Notes under the pieces: generated by a model
Seen by the model: only the letters and a program-made list of their open reading frames with translations
Told to the model about the DNA's origin: nothing
Databases searched by the model: none
In this document: piece after piece, positions 1 through 15,123 of the stretch
Layout: every line of letters begins with the position of its first letter
How positions within the stretch are numbered: the first letter of the stretch is position 1
Translations under genes and position numbers: made by a program
Source: Chrysomallon squamiferum
Lineage: Eukaryota; Animalia; Mollusca
DNA: 64,000 nucleotides
Assembly: GCA_012295275.1 (NCBI GenBank)
Contig: CM022677.1
Coordinates: 15,376,001-15,440,000 of the forward strand
Direction of reading: 5' to 3'

Positions 1-280
1 ATTGGCTAAGGGTAGGTTTACAGTTAGATTTAAGACTTACTAAGATTTATAAAAATATTTTTGTTTTTGTTTTTGTTTTGAAAACGTATCACATTTTCTC
101 AGTCGTATCAAAAGAATTTTAGAATGTCCAATACAGCAGGAACACATGCATATGTATATATCAGAACCTCAGAGGAGGGGGCATAATCGAACATTTATCA
201 GGTACAGGAAATAACCACAATAATATGGAGTTAGGTTCAAGCTACCAAAATCTAAAACAAAACGAGCATTTTATGGTAGC

Positions 281-575
281 AGATATTTAAGGTTGTCTTT
301 ATTATAAGGTTAAAATCGAATATGTATGAAACCGTTTTCAGTATGTGCATTTCTGTATACTAAGCATAGATAATAAAGTAATAATGTTTATATGTATATA
401 CTCTTTTTATTATTATTAAGATTGTGAAGTCTATATATATCATAAGAAAATATAAAGCAACTATGAACTAGAAAAAAGTCGTGTGTGTGTGTTAGTAATT
501 ATAATAAGTAAATAAACTTTCAGAATTAAAATAATTACTATGGCGAGTTTTGGGTAACAAACAAAGAAAGTTTTA
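281..575. repeat. Duplicated non-coding block (copy A)
   Basis: GATATTTAAGGTTGTCTTT...AAGATTGTGAAGTCTATATA...CTAGAAAAAA recurs at about 4101-4395 (offset 3820). Confidence 0.85.
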
Positions 576-1776
576 AAATGTATCAGTCTAGGCTGGCTTC
601 TCTTGCTCTTTCAATTCGATGTTTTCATTGACATCTGCAGTAATCTAATAATTTGCGCAATCCGGCGGCTCCTTTTATGAAATGGAGGTCACCGAACCTC
701 GAAAGTTTGGCCTTATTTTGATAAGCATTTGACAGCGGGTTAGGGTTAGATATTTTTCTCACTTCTTGAGAAATTTTGCAATTTTGTGTGATCTTTGTTA
801 CGTTTCAGGCGCGCACGCGCAACTTAAAACGAATAGTTTTATAATTATTCTGCTCTTAATCGGCTTCAGTTGACTGATTCCGTTTTTTAAATGAGCTTTC
901 CCAAAACCGTTATTTTTATTTTATTTTGTATTATTATAAAATATTTTTCTAAATTAATAAATTTAAGCTGTTGGTGTGTTATTTATCTAGTGGATGAGTG
1001 TGGTATTATATCATAACGACAATTATTATTATGAATTACTTCTTTTGTTTGGATTTTTTTGTTTCTTGGTGAAACCCACATTCCTCTGTAGTCAGTATAA
1101 CATTCGATACCCAACACTTCAGTATTCAATTAAACAAGATTTATATCTGATGTCGAAGTTTTTTTCTGCGTCAGTCATGCGGTTTTTTGAATCACGTGGT
1201 CAGCTGATTGTTGTCGTTCAGCCAGGATAGAAAAATGTTTCTTATCAACATCAGGTGCGTGCTGAGTTAAATTCTGCTGCGTGCGCTTACTGTCGTGTAC
1301 TGAGAGCCGGCACCAGACTGTCTGGCGTCCTAGGCAAGGTTAGATTCGGTCACCCCCAGGAACATATCAGTTTCAAACTTTTAAAACATTTATTTTCAAC
1401 GTCCTATGCGATCTCTAGAGCAAGATTTTTCTGTGACGCACATTTAAATATCATACACAGGCCATTTCTTTCCTTGTGTATATCATTAAAATTAGGTGTA
1501 CCGCTTTCAGTTTGATTCCGCGACAGCGTGAAGAGTTCGAATACTTTTGATTCTACGAAACAAAATTACATTCTCAAAGTTTCACGTGTGCGCGATTTTC
1601 ACTCCTTTATTTTCTTTTGTTTGTTTTGTGTGGGTTTTGTTTTTTGAGTATGTTATTAGTGGTGGTTAATGATATATAACAGAAACCGGAATCCTGTAAG
1701 TTTATTATTCAAATTTAAAAATAAATAAATAAATAATGCTCTGTCTCTCTCTCTCTGACAGTAAAAATTAACTTTC

Positions 1777-1785
1777 ACACACACA

Positions 1786-1846
<61 letters not shown>
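1777..1846. repeat. (CA)n microsatellite
   Basis: Direct reading. Confidence 0.95.
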
Positions 1847-1848
<2 letters not shown>

Positions 1849-2014
1849 ATACGTAAGAAAGATTTCTTTCTTTCTTTACTTAGATGAAATTGATCTCCCA
1901 TGTTTTAGAATTAAGATATTTGTAATTTAGTATTTGCATCGACTGAGCTATTGGTAAATATTTAATTTTTATATTGTAATTTGTTATAACAAGCACACAC
2001 AGACATATGTAGGT

Positions 2015-2690
<676 letters not shown>

Positions 2691-3179
2691 TCTCTTGTCC
2701 AACAGACATGTAAAGCGGGCATAATAATTGGGAAATAAATTTTGATTTATTACACAGTTTGTGTTATGTTAACTTACAATATTTCCTATTACCTACTTTA
2801 TTTTCTTTTTCTTTCTTATTTTACTTTATTTTTGTTTTTAAATTATTATTTTTATTTCATTTTATTATTATTATTATTATTATTGTTGTTGTTATTATTA
2901 TTATTATTATTGTTATTATTATCTTTTAAATTAACAAAGAAATAAATGTTCGATTCGACGAATTCATTAGTTTGCTTAATTACAATAATACATCGTCGTG
3001 TAGACTTGAACGTTCACTGCGGATCCACTAAGTATTTCCACATCACCAGTGAAAACCATCGAGTGTTTTATCCTTGGACGTTTCTCTTTATAGCGGGTTT
3101 CCTCTCAAGACATTGTTCAAATAATGTTAGCAGTTGTTAATAAAAGTAACAACCATACTGAGCACCAGTTATGTACTAT

Positions 3180-3180
<1 letters not shown>

Positions 3181-3238
<58 letters not shown>

Positions 3239-3265
3239 ATAATAATACTAATAATAATAATAATA
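3181..3265. repeat. (ACT)n/(AAT)n compound microsatellite
   Basis: Direct reading. Confidence 0.95.
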
Positions 3266-3652
3266 AGGCCACTCTGTAAACTAATTAAACTCATTCTATA
3301 ATCACATATTAAGCTATGCATTATAAAGCAGCGAATAGACAGACAGGGTAAACTCATGTTTGATCTGTCTGAAGGCTTCAGCCCTCCACTATTGCTGGGT
3401 TTCACGGATAAAAAATTTAGATGGCCTTGATCACAACTAGTTGTTTCTTGGTGCAGTAGTATTACTATTATTTTATCACGACAGTGCTACACGACTGGTA
3501 TACCAAATAACACACCCACTCTCTCTCTCTCTCTCTCGCTGTATATATATATAGAAAATAAAAGCACGCAAAAATGATTAAAGACAAAAAACAACAACAA
3601 AGAAACAAAAACAAAAAACACGTGCTTCACGGCAAGTGATCAGCACACTCGG

Positions 3653-3731
3653 TGTATGTTGTCTCAGTAGTCGAGTGTATGTTGTCTCAGTGGTCGAGTG
3701 ATGTTGTCTCAGTGGACGAGTGATGTCGTCG
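3653..3731. repeat. 21-23 bp minisatellite, about 3.5 copies
   Basis: GTG(T)ATGTTGTCTCAGT(A/G)G(T/A)CGA tandem units. Confidence 0.9.
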
Positions 3732-4100
3732 TCTGTCTAAGAAGTGCGGGGGAATGGATGTCACACTTTCCAGTCTCGTCAGCGACATCAGACTTTGTGA
3801 GTGCACTTCTGTGCTAGTGCGCTCCAGATTAGAATCAGACGCACATAAGACACAGAATATTCATTCCTAAAATATACATACATACATACATACATACATA
3901 TATTCATACAGGTCAGATACACATATACAGATTTATAAATGTATTTTATTCTTGTATACACCCCTGAACGCTTTTTAATGTAGTTATAAAATGTAACATG
4001 TGTGTGAAAACAGTGTCGCTTGTCTGAAATTAAAAAGAAAACATAAAGAAAAAAATATATAAAAAGTAGTAATGGCAATTTTCTACTAGCGGATGGTAGT

Positions 4101-4395
4101 GGATATTTAAGGTTGTCTTTGTTATAATGTTTAAAACGGATATCTATGAATCTGTTTTCAGTAGATATATTTCTGTATACTAGGCATAGATAATCTTAAT
4201 AAAGTAATAATGTTTATATGTTTATAATCTTTTTATTATTATTATTAAGATTGTGAAGTCTATATAAAATATAAAGCAACTATAAACTAGAAAAAAGGCA
4301 TTGTGTGTGTGTGTGTATGTGTGTGTGTGCTAGTAATTATAATAAGTACATAAATTGTGAGTTTTATATAACAAACATACAAAGTTTTAAAATTT
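4101..4395. repeat. Duplicated non-coding block (copy B of 281-575)
   Basis: Colinear match to 281-575. Confidence 0.85.
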
Positions 4396-4499
4396 AAGAA
4401 TTGAGATAAAATAGCTAAAATAGCCAAAATCATGGAGAAAGATAAAACACGTAATATATATTTGTGATTAAGAATATTATTGTTAACTTCATTCAGTAA

Positions 4500-5760
4500 T
4501 AGTCTGTACACTAGTAATGATAACTCAGACTGCTTTCCCTGATCATTCGATATCTAAATAATCATTCTTACTTTTACAGTAAAATAAACTGGATAACGTC
4601 CAAGTTCTCCTTTAATAAGCACTATGGAGTAGATTTCCTTAAAGGTCATAACAATTTCATAAAGTGTTTACATAATTTTTCCAGTAATGGCACTGCATGG
4701 AAATATTATGACTTTTTCCTTTTCGAAGAATGAAATACATAGCCTTCTGTGCTTGTGAATATAACATGTTTGTTGCCTTAGTAAATTTATTCGATTTGTG
4801 AAAAATATTTCTAACTTTCTACAGTATCAAGCGTTGATTTTTCCAACGTAAAACACTTTTTTGTAATCTTTGTGATTGCCATTAAAAATTAAAACTTTCG
4901 TATTTTTATGTTTACTGTTAGTTTTCATTTTGTGCAGTAAGAATCAAAAACGTTTAGTGATTTTAGCATGTCTTGGTAATTATCTGCAAGGACTACAGTG
5001 TCATCGGCATTGAGTAAAACAAACAGGACAATTGATGGATGTATCAAAGAATTACTGAACAATTCATACATTTTAAGATACAACGAGAATAGTAAAGGAG
5101 ATCCATTTTTTCCCCTTGTCTAGTCCCCACACAACAGTGCAAATAGTCTGTTAATGAGTTATGACACAAGATTTAATATTTTGATACATATTGTAAATTA
5201 CCTGGAAACACTTACAATTTATATCATTTTGAATTATTTTTTCCCAAAGTTCGATTCTCAACTTTGAATCATCAACTAATGAGATCAAATAACTTTTCTG
5301 AAAGCTGTGATTACATCATATCAAGTTATGTATATATCTTATATCGGGAATGCATATGTATTAATAAGATCAAATAAAATTTCTTAAAACTACTATTTTC
5401 TATATCATGAATACCCGCTTAAATATTTTCCTGAATGTCTATCTGTTTTTCTTTCTTTTGTCCGATGTCTAAGATTTATTGAAATAAAAACTTAATTACA
5501 AATTCTCTGATTTTTTTCCATGACTAATCGCAGTTTTGACATATATGAAGTGTTAGCTTATAGATAATTTAGTAGCAGAATTGATGTGTGTGTATATCAC
5601 ATTCTTTTCCGGTGTCTGCTGCCTCTGAATTATGGCGTTTATAGCGCTATTTTAAAAACAATTCCGTATGAATTAAAAAGACATATTAAAAATTTAGTAT
5701 AGGACCGAGACCAATTATTCACCTATAGATAAATAAAATTGCTAGAAAATGCCTTTAAAA
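4500..5760 (-). mobile_element. Decayed non-LTR retrotransposon reverse transcriptase (RTE-X/CR1-like)
   Basis: The minus strand reads CVGTRQG(E)..SPLLFSLYL at about 5130-5080 and LFVLLNADDTVVLADNYQDMLKSLNVFDSYCTK*KLTVNIKNTKVLIF (NADD, the YADD equivalent, at 5011-5000). Stops and frameshifts are present; boundaries are approximate. Confidence 0.85.
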
Positions 5761-6109
5761 TTATTCTTATTGTTTGTTAAATACTCTCATCTGTTTTAGT
5801 TTTCATTGTTTAGTTTATTGTAAGTGTCGAGATCTTTAGTGACTACATTTTGAGCGATTCATACGCTAAGTATGACATTCAGAATAAATGACTGATAATA
5901 ATCACAAACATTGTGGTTTGATTCGAACTGAATAAACATCATCTGGCTTTACACTTTTGACTGCGTTAATTCAGAAATGTTAATATATGAACTTACTTTC
6001 CACTATTAGATCTGGAAATAAATTTGATTAAATTTATATTATAATATGTTAGATCCGGAAATTAGTTTAATACCAACATAAAGGTGTTTTTGTTTAGTTT
6101 TTTTTAGTT

Positions 6110-6351
6110 GAAAAACTGTTCACTTACCTCTGTATAAACGTCGGAGATTTTCTTTTGTCATTTCGACCTTTCCTTTTCTGCCGCGCTCTAGTGTATAACA
6201 TCATTTACATTTATTTAAAATAAAATAAATATATAAATACATGAGTACATAAGTAAGTAAATAAATAAATAAATAAAAGTACAAATAAAAGCAAGAAATC
6301 AATTTAATTACACTGACAGAAAATAATTATTTTAACTTACTGAGATTTGTT

Positions 6352-6384
<33 letters not shown>

Positions 6385-6423
6385 CAGACACACACACACA
6401 CGCACACAGCTATGCAGGTGTAT

Positions 6424-6505
<82 letters not shown>

Positions 6506-6764
6506 ATATTAATCTCTGTTATTAGAATAATACATTTTTTAAACGTTTCAAATTTACAATATTACTTGTAGTTTGCGTGTATTTGTGATAATTTTAATAA
6601 ACGTGACACTCCTTTGTGCACTTGAATGAACATGACATTGTCAAACACTTAAGAAATGCTCTCTCTAATTCATGCGTGGAAACAAATAGTATGTGCTTAG
6701 ATCAGTTAGCTAATGAAATATGTATCATAATATACTGAATTATTTAGTTTATAAACCATATATT

Positions 6765-6818
<54 letters not shown>

Positions 6819-7415
6819 CTATTTTCTTCGTACAGTTTATTTATATATCTTACGAAAGACCTGAAACCGCCAGTTCACTATTCAAGTTTAAACAAGATTT
6901 AATTTTGGCGGCTAATTGTATTATCTTTCTCCGTCTTTCTACAAAACTGTTGTTATGTTTATTAATACTACATGTGTGATAGACTGTAACACGCATTTTA
7001 AAAATAATGAAGTACACAAACTATGTTAAGGTAGTTGTAACTTTTACTGCTGTTTACTTTATCACCAGAATTTCAAAGACAGGAACAATAAACATTAGCG
7101 CATGATGTTAGTGATCATCAACATGTGACTTTTATGTAGTGTACAGAATTCGCAGTGCATATCATGCTTAGTTATAAGAGGCACTGTTTTTGTTTTTTTG
7201 TATTTAATTGTTGTTTTTTTGGTGTTTGTTTGTTTTTGTTGTTTTTTTTATTTGTTTTTTTTATCTTACAGAGTATTTCTGTAAGGCGTTATTATCATTG
7301 TTGTTGTTTTTGTGTCGTTGATGTTACTGTTTATACTGTTATTGTATTATTTCTTTATTGTTGTTGTTATTACTATTACTGTTATTATTATAATTATTAT
7401 TATTGTTGCTGCTGC

Positions 7416-7464
<49 letters not shown>

Positions 7465-7790
7465 GCTGTATGACCCATTGTATAAAAAATTCTGTACACA
7501 GATATGAAGGATGATCTTTGACCCCCTCTCTCATTACTACGTACAAACAACAAGACTTAGTAACTGATATCTCAAAAACGTGACTAGATACTAAACTGGA
7601 TAAAACACTGGGGATCTGTAAACTCGTCTTTTAAAACCCGGTTTTACAAAGCATGTTTCGTCTTTTCTTCTCTATGCACGCTCGAGTTAGTTGGAGCAAG
7701 GGACTGATTCACAATAATCACAGAGGAGGGGAACAGGGCCGGTACTGAGAATTCAGAATTTTTAGGATGAGGAACAAAACCATATATTTT
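6110..7790. repeat. About 1.7 kb segmental duplication, copy 2
   Basis: Near-identical and colinear with about 9660-11355 (offset about 3550); differences are mostly microsatellite lengths. Confidence 0.95.
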
Positions 7791-7994
7791 TCTTTCATTT
7801 TCTTTTATTTATTTATTTTTTTTTTATTTTTATTATTATAATTTTTTTTTTTTTTTTTTTTTTTCATTTTCAATTTGATTTCAGTTTTCTAACACTTCCT
7901 GACCTATAAGAAGAGAGATATGATGTTTACAGGTGCTAAAAATAAACATTGTGACGTCATCTTTCTAAAATAGATTACAGAACAAATCACTTTC

Positions 7995-8001
7995 ACACAC
8001 A

Positions 8002-8076
<75 letters not shown>
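7995..8076. repeat. (CA)n microsatellite
   Basis: Direct reading. Confidence 0.95.
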
Positions 8077-8079
<3 letters not shown>

Positions 8080-8832
8080 AACAACAATATTAGTTGTTGC
8101 TGTAGCTGTAATAGCAGTATCTCCTTTTTATACAATAGAACGCAACAAACACGAGACACTTTTAAAACTGTATTCACGCTATTGCCGAACATTCACTCTA
8201 TCAGTAAAGAATAACATAGATGGTAACATTAACAGAAAAAAATAAAATATATATATATAAAACTAGTTACCCAGAGCGTTCAGTGGACAGCGACCTGTCG
8301 ACACTTCTCCCCTAATAAATAATAATTTAAAACAATCTCGATTCTTTTATAGAAAATACTCGATGATGAACTCTTAAAAGTAGTTTTTAAATTTAAGAAT
8401 TAAGATATTGTGAGGTACTTTTTTCAAAAATTATTATTATTTTTTAAATTTGATTTTTGAATTATGCTAAATGAGGCGGTTAAACCAAGTCTTTACTGTG
8501 TATCCATTAATATAACATTCGATATCCAGACTTAAACAAGATTTATATCTCATGGCGCAGTATTTTATGAGTCAGTGATCTTTCTGATTTTTGTCGTTCT
8601 GCCAGCAGAGAAAGATTTCTTATCAGTGTCAGGTCCGTACGTGAGTTAGTCCAGTATGCGGTGCGCTGCTGTTGTGTAAATACGTACATACCTGTAATTA
8701 TTATTTGTTCTAAAGTAAAGACTTTCAGAATAAATGACTGATAATAATCACAAACATTGTGTTTGATCCGAACTGAATAAACATCATCTGCTAAAGTATG
8801 TTTCTATTTTATCTTTCGAAACGAAATCATTA

Positions 8833-8909
<77 letters not shown>
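8833..8909. repeat. (AAT)n microsatellite
   Basis: Direct reading. Confidence 0.95.
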
Positions 8910-8911
<2 letters not shown>

Positions 8912-9659
8912 TAATTAATTCATTTAAAAATAAATAATGGATAAAACATTGTATAGTAGCAACAACTACTAGTAATAAAACTAATATTTTTACTACCATT
9001 ATCACTAAATGTATACAACTCTGATAACAATAAATCTGTTAATTAGTTTATTTATTTGTTTATTAACTAATATATTTATTTATAATTAACGCTTATGATA
9101 AATTTTAGAAAATATTTTCTTTTTACTTCGCTACCCACTTTTGGTCTGTATTGAATTAATTTTTTAATACACTTATGACTGCGTATGTTGAAAGCGTGAC
9201 TAAACAGGTTCAGGTATGTTCCACCTCGGTAAACAAATACAATGTAAACTTCTGTTAAACTGAACATGTACACTATGAACACTGACGTGCCAGTTCGTAT
9301 ACCTGATTAAATGCCAACTTATTTTTATGTCTAATAGTTGTGTATTATTTCTTTTATTATTTTAACCATATCCAGTATCATCCAGTTCGTCGTTCATTTT
9401 CAGATTACGATTTTTCCAGTGTGTGTTTTATATGTCTATGTTTGTGTTTGTGTGTTTATGTGTGTGTCGTGCGTGTATGTGTGCATGTGTGTATGTGTAT
9501 GTGTGACTTCTTCCTTATCGCTCGAATATATTATTCATCGTGATAATGATGTATTTAATAAAGACACCAAACTTTATAAAGAAAACACATAAATAAATAA
9601 TATATAATTTATATATATATATATATTTTGTTTTGTTTTTTGTTGTTTTTTTTTACTTG

Positions 9660-9953
9660 AGAAACTGTTCACTTACCTCTGCATAAACGTCGGAGATTTT
9701 CTTTTGTCATTTCGACTTTTCCTTTTCTGCCGCGCTCTAGTGTATAACATCATATTACATTTATTTAAAATAAAATAAATATATAAATACATGAGTACAT
9801 AAGTACTAAGTAAGTAAGTAAGTAAATAAATAAAGTACAAATAAAAGCAAGAAATCAATTTCATTACACTGACAGAAAATAATTACTTTAACTTACTGAG
9901 ATTTGTTACATACACACACACACACACACACGCACACAGCTATGCAGGTGTAT

Positions 9954-10033
<80 letters not shown>

Positions 10034-11355
10034 ATATTAATCTCTGTTATTAAAATAATAAATATTTTAAATGTTTCAAATTTACAATATTACTTGTAGT
10101 TTGCGTGTATTTGTGATAATTTTAATAAACGTGACACTCCTTTGTGCACTTGAATGAACATGACATTGTCAAACACTTAAGAAATGCTCTCTCTCATTCA
10201 TGCATGGAAACAAATAATATGTGTTTAGATCAGTTAGCTAATGAAATATGTACCATAATATACTTAATTATTTAGTTTATAAACCATATATTTATATGTG
10301 TGTGTTGTGTGTGTGTGTGTGTGTGTGTGTTCTGATTTTCATTCGCACACTTTATTTATATATCTTACGAAAGACCCGAAACCGCCAGTTCACTATTCAA
10401 GTTTAAACAAGATTTAATTTTGGCGGCTAACTGTATTATCTTTCTCCGTCCTTCTACAAAACTGTTGTTATGTTTATTATTACTACATGTGTGATAGACT
10501 GTAACACGCATTTTAAAAATTAATGAACTGCACTATATTAAGATAGTTGTAACTTTTACTGCTGTTTATTTTACCACCAGAATTTCAGAGACAGGAACAA
10601 TAAACATTAGCGCATGATGCTAGTGATCATCAACATGTGACTTTTATGTAGTGTACAGAATTCGCAGTGCATATCATGCTTAGTTATAAGAGGCACTGTT
10701 TTTTATTATTTTATTTTTATTTTTATTTTTGTTTTTTGTTTATTTTTTGTGTTTTTTTGTGTTTGTTTATTTGCTGTTGTTTATTTATTTATTTTTTATT
10801 TTCATTTTACAGATTATTTCTGTAAGGCGTTATTATCATTGTTGTTGTTTTATGTCGTTGATGTTACTGTTTATAATGTTATTGTATTATTTCTTTATTG
10901 TTGTTGTTATTACTATTACTGTTATTATTATAATTATTATTATTGTTGATGCTATTATTTTTTTTCCTATTCTTATTGCTGCTGCTGCTGTTGTTGTTAT
11001 TATTATTAGTATATTACTACTACTACTACTACTGTATGACGCATTGTATAAAATGTTCTATTCACAGATATGAAGGATGTTCTTTGACCCCCTCTCTCAT
11101 TACTACGTACAAACAACAAAACATAGTAACTGATATCTCAAAAACGTGACTAGATACTAAACTGGATAAAACACTGGAGATCCCTAAACTCGTCTTTTAA
11201 AGCCCAAAGTTACAAAGCATATTTAATTGTTTCTTCTCTATGCACGCTCGAGTTAGTTGGAGCAAGGGACTGATTCACAATAATCACAGAGGAGGGGAAC
11301 AGGGCCGGTACTGAGGCTTCAGTGTTTTTAGGATGAGGAACAAAACCATATATTT
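9660..11355. repeat. About 1.7 kb segmental duplication, copy 3
   Basis: Matches 6110-7790 from AAACTGTTCACTTACCTCTG to GGATGAGGAACAAAACCATATATTTT. Confidence 0.95.
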
Positions 11356-11372
11356 TTGTTTTATTTTGTTTG

Positions 11373-11411
<39 letters not shown>

Positions 11412-11565
11412 TTATGTTTATTTTGATTTCAGTTTACATATATGTATTATCCTATATATATATATATATATATATATACATCCTGTCTTATTCATACGTG
11501 CAAACAACGAAAAAATATGTAAAGGAATACACAGAAATGAATAAATAAATACAAACATAAATATA

Positions 11566-11609
<44 letters not shown>

Positions 11610-12084
11610 GAATACAGAAATAAGATCAAGAGAACTTGTAGGTTAAAGAAAACAAAAGGAATACTCGAGAAGAGAAACGTGACTACCTGACTAGAGATCT
11701 TAGACACGAGTTGTAAATCCTGATGTTAGAGTTTGCGTTTTGTCTTTTGTTTACTGTGCACGTTCAAGTTAGTTTAAACAAGGGACTGATTCACAATAAC
11801 CTAAGAGGAGGGCGATAGGGCCGGTATTGAGATTTGTAGAAATTAATGGTGACAAATAAAATTGAGAAAGATAGTTGGACACACAGACACATAGACAGAG
11901 ATCCAACAGCAACATTGAAAACATTATAATGTTAAATGGTTTGACATTTACTTGTTATTTAATGCTATTTATTTCAATAATATTGCAAATGTTTTTTTTG
12001 TTTGTTTGTTTGGTTTTTGCTTTATTTATTTAGAAAAAAATTATATTCTTTGGTGTGTAGTGTTTTTTTTTGCCTCCGCTTTCT

Positions 12085-12241
<157 letters not shown>

Positions 12242-12675
12242 ATTCCCTGCATCAGCTAAGTTTCTGTCTTTGCAGTTTTGAAAAGTAATCATGAATAATG
12301 TCTAACTGACTAATACTACTTATTTTGTTTCATTTTATATTCTGTAATGATTAGAATGTAGTTTACAGGCGCACTACACTTTACACACATATCAGTCACA
12401 GTAAGAATGTCTTCTGTTTTCCACTGTGTGGATAAAAAGAAACACGTGAATAATTATCTGATACACATGTCGTGAGACAGTGGCTGGAACAGAATACACT
12501 CAGGTTAAATAAGAAGACAAAAATTCAGCAATTTTTATTAACAGTTTTGTGGAGTAGAATTTGTTGTGAATAGGTGAGATAAAATAAACTCAAACATTTT
12601 AGATTGTATTATTATTAGTAGTAGTAGTAGTACTAATAGTACCACTACTACTACTACTACTCGTACAATTGCTGC

Positions 12676-12721
<46 letters not shown>

Positions 12722-13362
12722 TAAACTATTTGATATTTGAAACATTGACATTGGAAAATTCTTTGACTTTGTACTGCATCGTTTATCATCACTATATGAA
12801 CGAGCTAACTGAAAGGCTATGAAAACCAGCGAACTGATAACTTGTATTATTCATATTGGTCTGTAGGACGTTTTTGTACTCATGGTTTTCAAATAATCTG
12901 GTTCAAAAAAAAAAACATTCATTCACAATATCAACAAGATGACAAAAGTGTGACGGTTTTATTCAGAGACACTATTCTCATATATGTACATATGTGAATC
13001 AAGAATGATATGAAAGTTAACACCTTTCTAACAAATACGTAAGGTAAACTGCAACATGTGTTAAATTAAAATACTTACAAAACAATTGTGTTACGTATAT
13101 TTGTCAGCTAGTAACACTGCTGACATAATATTCAATCCTCTTTCAATTCCCTATTTCCAAATATTTGAGAATTGCTCTCTGATTCAAACAGAAATATACT
13201 TGCTTGCTTTAGCTAAATAATAAAATATATAATATTATAATTTCATGAATTTAATCGTTTCTTTGTTTCTGTCTTTATTTATTTATTTATTTATGTATTT
13301 ATTTATTTATCTTAAAGAGAATGAAATAAAATTTATATAATAAAGGAATATATATATTACTA

Positions 13363-13364
<2 letters not shown>

Positions 13365-13430
<66 letters not shown>

Positions 13431-13687
13431 ATATTAATCTGTTATTAAAATAATAAATATTTTAAATGTTTCAAATTTACAATATTACTTGTAGTTTGCG
13501 TGTATTTGTGACAATTTTAATAAACGTGACACTCCTTTGTGCACTTGAATGAACATGACATTGTCAAACACTTAAGAAATGCTCTCTCTCATTCATGCAT
13601 GGAAACAAATAGTATGTGCTTAGATCAGTTAGCTAATGAAATATGTATCATAATATACTGAATTATTTAGTTTATAAACCATATATT

Positions 13688-13745
<58 letters not shown>

Positions 13746-13986
13746 CTGATTTTCATTCGTACAGTTTATTTATATATCTTACGAAAGACTTGAAACCGCC
13801 AGTTCACTATTCAAGTTTAAACACGATAAAATTTTGGCGGCTAAATGTATTATTTTTCTCCGACCTTCTACAAACCAGTGGCTGTGTCTATTATTACCAC
13901 AGGTGTGATAGACTGTAACACGCATTTTAAAAATTAATGAACTGCTCTATCTATGTTAAGGTAGTTGTTACTTTTACTGCTGTTTA
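13365..13986. repeat. Partial copy 4 of the duplication unit, directly upstream of the TRIM gene
   Basis: Matches about 6427-7056 and 9957-10567. Confidence 0.9.
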
Positions 13987-14079
13987 GTTTAAGAAAAGCA
14001 TTTAAAACGAACACGATTATTTTTTTCTCAGAAGAAACAAAAGTGTTCTAGAACATTTCAAGGCTTCCACCCCTTTATT

Positions 14080-14207
14080 GAAATTGGTATATTCCACTAA
14101 CCGAGTGACGTCTGTCAAAACCGGCTTGTACGCCAGCAAACTGACATTGCAGACGAATAGAAGAGAATTGTTTGCAGGTGTTAACATTTTCATTTCTTAA
14201 GACAAAG
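14080..14207 (+). promoter_or_regulatory. Candidate promoter and 5' non-coding exon of the TRIM-like gene
   Basis: Strong donor AAAG|GTAAG at 14207/14208. The RING exon starts at an acceptor (TTCGCAG|ATATG, 15121/15122), so an upstream exon is required. A CRE-like GTGACGTC lies at 14105-14112. Confidence 0.4.
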
Positions 14208-14215
14208 GTAAGAAG

Positions 14216-14261
<46 letters not shown>

Positions 14262-14941
14262 TTGATTTTTTTGTTGTTGTTGTTAGTGTTCTTGTTATTT
14301 CGTTAGTGTAAGATATTATAAAATAAAACAGTAATCTAGGTTATTTTCATAATAAAATTTCTGTACAAAATTGTTTAGAGTGGAGGGTGTGGCTCAGTGG
14401 TCAGAGAAAAGTAGTGTCTGGCGATGTGTTGTCGCATTTATCTTTCTCGATTACTTTATCAGTGAATGAAGCCATTTAACTGCAGATTAAACATTTGTTG
14501 AGTTCGACGTTAATAAAATAATGTTCAGCAGCAATCAGAAATTCATTCGTTTACTATGAAATGTTTCGTTGTTATTACACTGAATACATTACTTCTGTGA
14601 ATGTCACGTTTCTTTCATTGTCCACATTTTTACAAACAAAATAAATTTAATAAATGAATGAATAAATGAGTAGCTTAAATAGCATATTTATAATTTTATA
14701 ATTAAATTCGCACGTTTATTTATTTATTTTATCCTTTCATTTATTTATTTATTTGTATATTCCGTTGTCCCTTTGAAGTAAACGGAATTGATACTTTATT
14801 TTTATTTTTTGTGAATTTTTTCTTTACTTTTGTTTGTTTGTGGTTTTGATTCAAAAATCTTTAAATTTTGACCTCCACTGCTATTCTTGTTATCTCTTGT
14901 ATTTATTTATTTATTTATTTATTTATTTATTTTTTATTTTA

Positions 14942-14993
<52 letters not shown>

Positions 14994-15123
14994 TAGTTAC
15001 ATTTTTCTTTCTCTGTATTTTCCTTTTTATCTTCTCTTATTCTTCTATGTTGTTGCTGTTGTTATTATTGTTATTTATTTATTTATTTATTTATTAATAT
15101 TATTGTTATTGTTATTCGCAGAT

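Noticed and set aside
737-749. Telomere-like GGGTTAGGGTTAG
   Set aside because: Only two units; not distinguishable from chance or a TE-internal motif.
1255-1515. 86-aa GC-richer ORF
   Set aside because: GTG start and no recognisable motif; its start overlaps the end of a duplicated non-coding block.
14887-15123. Hydrophobic N-terminal extension (TM/signal) on the RING ORF
   Set aside because: Translation of intronic (TTA)n/(TTTA)n microsatellite upstream of the acceptor at 15121.
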